Origin: a virus
Direction: 5' to 3' (one strand)
Virus record (IMG/VR): IMGVR_UViG_3300036468_000001
Length of the DNA stretch: 53,621 nucleotides
Within the stretch, counting starts at the first letter, position 1, and every line of letters starts with the position of its first letter. A program made the position numbers and the translations under genes. The notes below the pieces were generated by a model. It was not told the DNA's origin. It did not search any database and saw nothing but the letters and a program-made list of their open reading frames with translations. This document shows positions 50,689 to 53,621 of this stretch, piece after piece.

Positions 50689-50897
50689 CGGATCTGCGGC
50701 GCGGAGACTTTCGTGATCCGGCGGTCATCGTCGAAGAGCGCCAGTCACGCACCTGTGCCGGCTGCATCTACCTGAGAACCGACAGACTGTTTAACACTGC
50801 GGCGGTGGCGTGCCGCAAGCGAAAACGCAAAGCCGAGCTGTGCATTGAAAAGATGAAGCGGTGCGAACTATACGATGACGGGAGCAAGCAGAAATGA
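50685..50897 (+). CDS. hypothetical Cys-containing protein
   Basis: ATGA-type coupling at both ends. 70 aa. Confidence 0.5.
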   Translation: MTDLRRGDFRDPAVIVEERQSRTCAGCIYLRTDRLFNTAAVACRKRKRKAELCIEKMKRCELYDDGSKQK

Positions 50898-51484
50898 CGA
50901 ACGGCGCGAAGCACGACGGGATATTCAAGGACGCCAAGGAAGCGATCGTTTTTGCGCTTCATTTCTCCGACCAGCAATACGCCAAGTCGCCGATGGCGAT
51001 GTTTCTCGCGCGCGGGGCGCACGGTAGCGGACGCGGTCTATCTGGTCTGGATGGCTCCGGTCAGGCTGGGATGGTAATGGCCGAGATAACCCGACTGAAC
51101 TACGCGGAGGCGCTGACATTGATCGCGCGTTGCAGCGCAAAGCGGCTTCGTTGCACATGCGGCGCGCCTTGTTGCAGCAAATGGGCGCCTAACCCGATCT
51201 GGACGATGGCGACGAGCCAACTATGCGATGTGAGCCTGTCAGCGGTGGGCACCGGCATGTCGACACGGGCAATCCGGCTCGCGTCCACGGAGAAGTTCTT
51301 CGGCCAGAAGCTGAGCATTCAGGACATCGCCGACTTCTGCAGCGTCTCGCGCAAGACAGCCGGCGAGCACAACGCGAAGATAAAGGAATTTCTAAAAGAC
51401 CTGGAGGGGCTCGCGTGGTTTAACTTCACCGACATGATGGAAAGCGCCGGCATGCTTATTCGGGATCACGAATCTACAGTTTGA
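50894..51484 (+). CDS. putative late-gene regulator (Q-like position, C-terminal HTH)
   Basis: This is the last early-right gene. It has the HTH-like segment LSIQDIADFCSVSRKTAGEHNAKI and is followed by a promoter and terminators. Confidence 0.4.
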   Translation: MTNGAKHDGIFKDAKEAIVFALHFSDQQYAKSPMAMFLARGAHGSGRGLSGLDGSGQAGMVMAEITRLNYAEALTLIARCSAKRLRCTCGAPCCSKWAPNPIWTMATSQLCDVSLSAVGTGMSTRAIRLASTEKFFGQKLSIQDIADFCSVSRKTAGEHNAKIKEFLKDLEGLAWFNFTDMMESAGMLIRDHESTV

Positions 51485-51509
51485 CTACGCAAAAAATGAG
51501 TAATATCAT
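51481..51509 (+). promoter_or_regulatory. late promoter candidate (PR'-like)
   Basis: TTGACT-N17-TATCAT within an AT-rich gap. Confidence 0.4.
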
Positions 51510-51543
51510 AGAGTTTCGATATTTTCGATAAGTGCCTCTTCAA

Positions 51544-51576
51544 GCCCCGACGGTTAATTCCGGTCGGGGCTTTTCC
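51544..51576 (+). terminator. rho-independent terminator in the late leader
   Basis: Stem GCCCCGAC/GTCGGGGC with an 11-nt loop, followed by TTTTCCGTTT. Confidence 0.6.
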
Positions 51577-51667
51577 GTTTACGGCCAGTCACGCGGCGGT
51601 CGGCGCCGCAGATCACCACCGGACCGGCCCACCTTGTCTCCTCTCGATGACCCTTCGTCGAGATTCT

Positions 51668-51703
51668 GCCCGCCCCGGTAAACCGGCCGCGGGCTTTTTT
51701 ATT
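51668..51703 (+). terminator. second rho-independent terminator in the late leader
   Basis: Stem GCCCGC..CCGG-TAAA-CCGG..GCGGGC followed by TTTTTTATTT. Confidence 0.6.
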
Positions 51704-51712
51704 TCAGGTGCC

Positions 51713-51907
51713 ATGACCGCGAACGATTGGCGGGCCCGATACCGCAATCCTTGGCGACAACGTCCACATCTATTCATGTGGCGCGGTCAGTGGTATTGCG
51801 AGGGCCGCGGCTGGACGGCGTACGGCGCTACATATCAGGAAGCACATCAACGGTGGAAGGCCCGGCCTCCGTTGAACGATCCCCGGGCAAAACACAGGAG
51901 ATTGTGA
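51713..51907 (+). CDS. hypothetical Trp/Arg-rich protein
   Basis: The ATG lies after the second terminator. 64 aa. Confidence 0.45.
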   Translation: MTANDWRARYRNPWRQRPHLFMWRGQWYCEGRGWTAYGATYQEAHQRWKARPPLNDPRAKHRRL

Positions 51908-52107
51908 TGGCGAAGAAATCAGGTGGTGGCATGTTCCACCCGGTGTCGAAAGGTTGCCAGCCCCCTTCGAAGGGCGGCAGTGCCCCGCAAAATACTTCCG
52001 TCGGCAGCGGCTCGCGCCCGACGCGCTCGAAGATCGGCATCGAAACGAGTGCACCGATGGATCCGCAGACCCTCGGCGGCCGCAAGACCAAGGGCGCGCT
52101 TAGCTGA
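51907..52107 (+). CDS. hypothetical Gly/Ser/Lys-rich protein
   Basis: AGGAG RBS, 66 aa. Confidence 0.45.
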   Translation: MAKKSGGGMFHPVSKGCQPPSKGGSAPQNTSVGSGSRPTRSKIGIETSAPMDPQTLGGRKTKGALS

Positions 52108-52340
52108 TGACGAGTCGCATCAAGGTCGAACGTCTGTCGCCGGCACTGAAGGCTGAAGTAGAACGCCTCTGGGAAGTCTACAAGCAGGACACCGGCTTCA
52201 TGACGTTCGACGAATGGATCATTGCCACGCAGACAGAGCCGGGCAGGAAGGCTGTCTCGCTGGCGGCTGAGCGTACATTCGATGCGGTTGCCACCGCGAG
52301 TGCGATGGATCGATCGCTGGCTTTCAGCGTGGAGCGGTAA
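52107..52340 (+). CDS. hypothetical protein
   Basis: TGATGA coupling, 77 aa. Confidence 0.5.
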   Translation: MTSRIKVERLSPALKAEVERLWEVYKQDTGFMTFDEWIIATQTEPGRKAVSLAAERTFDAVATASAMDRSLAFSVER

Positions 52341-52720
52341 TGATCCCGGTAAAGCAAACCAAGCTGTACTCGCCGAACGGCATCCACAGTGGCAATTGCC
52401 TCGCAGCGTGTATCGCATCGCTGCTCGAGCTGCCGCTCTGGATGGTGCCGCCGTTCGAGGACATGTTCGGCCGAGGCGATCACACGTCGCGCATGGTCGA
52501 GTGGCTGAACCGGATGTTCAAGCTTGAGCTGTTGTGGGAGCAAGGACACCCGGTTGACGAACTGCCCGATTTCTACATCGCAACGGGCCTGTCCGCGCGC
52601 GGCGTGCATCACGCGGTGATCTACAGCAAGGGCGCGATGGTTCACGACCCTCACTTCTCCGACTCAGGTATCGCATCGGTGACGGGCGTCTACTACCTCA
52701 CACCGCTCGTTCAGAATTGA
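52340..52720 (+). CDS. hypothetical protein with a Cys/His arrangement reminiscent of papain-like (C39/NlpC-type) peptidases
   Basis: GNCLAACIASLLE near the N-terminus and GVHHAVIY later in the sequence. TAATG coupling. Confidence 0.4.
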   Translation: MIPVKQTKLYSPNGIHSGNCLAACIASLLELPLWMVPPFEDMFGRGDHTSRMVEWLNRMFKLELLWEQGHPVDELPDFYIATGLSARGVHHAVIYSKGAMVHDPHFSDSGIASVTGVYYLTPLVQN

Positions 52721-52748
52721 GCGTCTACCTAGCATCTGGTAGCAAAAC

Positions 52749-53294
52749 ATGAACGCCACGAAACAGATTTCCTCCAAAGCCGAACAGAAACTGGTGGTGT
52801 TCGCACACGAATACATCGAGAACGGCGGCAACGGAACACAGGCAGCGATCAAAGCAGGCTGGAGCGCCAAGACAGCGTATCAGGCCGGAAACCGGGCGTT
52901 GAAGAACGCTAGGGTTCAGGAGATTCTGAAAGCACATCGTCAGCGTCTTGCTGATGAGATGGCTGAGAAGCATGGCCTGACGATCGATCGCATCCTCGGT
53001 GAGCTGCGCCGGCTGGCGCTGGGCGACGTGCGCAAGCTGTTCAACGCAGACGGCAGCATGAAGGCGCTGCACGAGATGGACGACGACACGGCCGCAATGA
53101 TCGCCGCGATTGACGTGCAGGAGATTGACGTCGAAGGCGCCTCGATCGGCCGGGTGAAGAAGATCAAGCTGTGGGACAAGAACAGCGCTCTGGGCAACGC
53201 CATGAAGCATCTTGGCCTGTTCGAGCGCGACAACGAGCAAGGCAAGGGGCAGTTCAATCTGACTGTCAGCTCGGACGACGCGGATGTCCTATAA
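52749..53294 (+). CDS. terS: terminase small subunit
   Basis: FAHEYIENGGNGTQAAIKAGWSAKTAYQAGNRALKNARV is typical of the Terminase_2-type small subunit. It overlaps the terL start. Confidence 0.8.
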   Translation: MNATKQISSKAEQKLVVFAHEYIENGGNGTQAAIKAGWSAKTAYQAGNRALKNARVQEILKAHRQRLADEMAEKHGLTIDRILGELRRLALGDVRKLFNADGSMKALHEMDDDTAAMIAAIDVQEIDVEGASIGRVKKIKLWDKNSALGNAMKHLGLFERDNEQGKGQFNLTVSSDDADVL

Positions 53295-53621
53295 GCCGAC
53301 GGCCAGACAGTCGCAGGCGCTAAGGACGATTGGAAGTGACGCGCTGCACATCCTGCTTGAGGGTGGGAGCCGCAGCGGCAAGACCTTCATAGCGTGCCGC
53401 GCGGTGGTTGTGCGGGCGCTGGCGGCGGCCGGATCGAGACACGCGATATTCCGGTTCCGGTTCAGCCACGCCAAGGCGTCGGTCGGTCTGGACACGCTGC
53501 CGAAGGTGTTCAAGGTCTGCTTTCCGAATGTCGAGTATCACCTCGACAAGACGGATTGGGTGTTCCGTCTGCCGAACGGGTCGGAGATCTGGATCGGCGG
53601 TCTGGACGACAAGGACCGGGT
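53284..53621 (+). CDS. terL: terminase large subunit, N-terminal part (continues at window position 1)
   Basis: Walker A LLEGGSRSGKTF. The reading frame joins 1..1133 through the duplicated 127 bp. Confidence 0.85.
   Translation, partial: MSYKPTARQSQALRTIGSDALHILLEGGSRSGKTFIACRAVVVRALAAAGSRHAIFRFRFSHAKASVGLDTLPKVFKVCFPNVEYHLDKTDWVFRLPNGSEIWIGGLDDKDR
53495..53621. repeat. exact duplicate of window bases 1-127 (circular-assembly overlap or terminal redundancy)
   Basis: Direct reading shows the sequence from CGCTGCCGAAGGTGTTCAAGG to GACAAGGACCGGGT is identical at both window ends. Confidence 0.95.

Larger units (their letters stand above)
1..53494. mobile_element. complete temperate phage genome (one circular unit) with P22-like podovirus gene order
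   Basis: All modules are present: packaging, head, ejection proteins, tailspike, lysis, int/xis, recombination, cI/cro, replication and late control. The window ends overlap by 127 bp. Confidence 0.85.

Noticed and set aside
1-53621. Search by eye for tRNA, rRNA, tmRNA, CRISPR arrays and transposase/IS elements.
   Set aside because: I saw no cloverleaf-like GTTCGAATC-type T-arm context, no regularly spaced direct repeats with unique spacers and no transposase-like ORF. A tRNA scan would be needed to exclude a tRNA or a tRNA-derived att core definitively.

Overview
The window holds one complete, circularly closed genome of a high-GC temperate phage. The unit length is 53,494 bp. Bases 1-127 are repeated exactly at 53,495-53,621, and the large-terminase gene runs across that junction. 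Gene order is P22/BPP-1-like and points to a short-tailed phage: there is no tape-measure, tube or sheath gene.

Plus strand, about 51.7 kb wrapping round to 26.2 kb:
- terS, terL, portal, scaffold and coat.
- A GroES-like co-chaperonin, then adaptor and hub proteins.
- A hydroxylase/cupin pair, then three ejection proteins, one with a lytic transglycosylase domain.
- Two Lys-rich mini-proteins and a PurD-like ATP-grasp enzyme.
- A lysis region with a GH24 lysozyme, a lipoprotein and a class-3 lipase.
- A beta-helix tailspike and a second fibre.

Minus strand, 26.2-43.8 kb:
- An AT-rich attP-like segment, then a lambda-type int and xis.
- A long, translationally coupled early-left operon with an ASCH protein, an HNH-like protein, a DUF1643 protein, an Erf-like annealase, a YqaJ exonuclease, a KTSC protein and many small ORFs.
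- An immunity region with a cI-like repressor and two morons.

Plus strand, 43.8-51.5 kb:
- cro-like and cII-like regulators.
- An initiator gene with internal 12-bp-phased iterons, then DnaB, a RuvC-like resolvase, NinB and a DUF2829 (Tad2-like) protein.
- A YbcO-like protein and a late regulator, followed by a promoter and two terminators.

The outstanding feature is a diversity-generating retroelement in the early-left operon, made of an RT, an Avd-like protein and a 101-nt template repeat. It has three variable repeats. Two are adjacent to the RT and one lies about 8.6 kb away. All 49 adenine-site TR/VR mismatches I counted fall on template adenines. The three targets are small paralogous non-structural proteins without signal peptides, not tail fibres.

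I saw no tRNA, rRNA or CRISPR array. Functional calls rest on motif recognition from memory, and no database search was possible.
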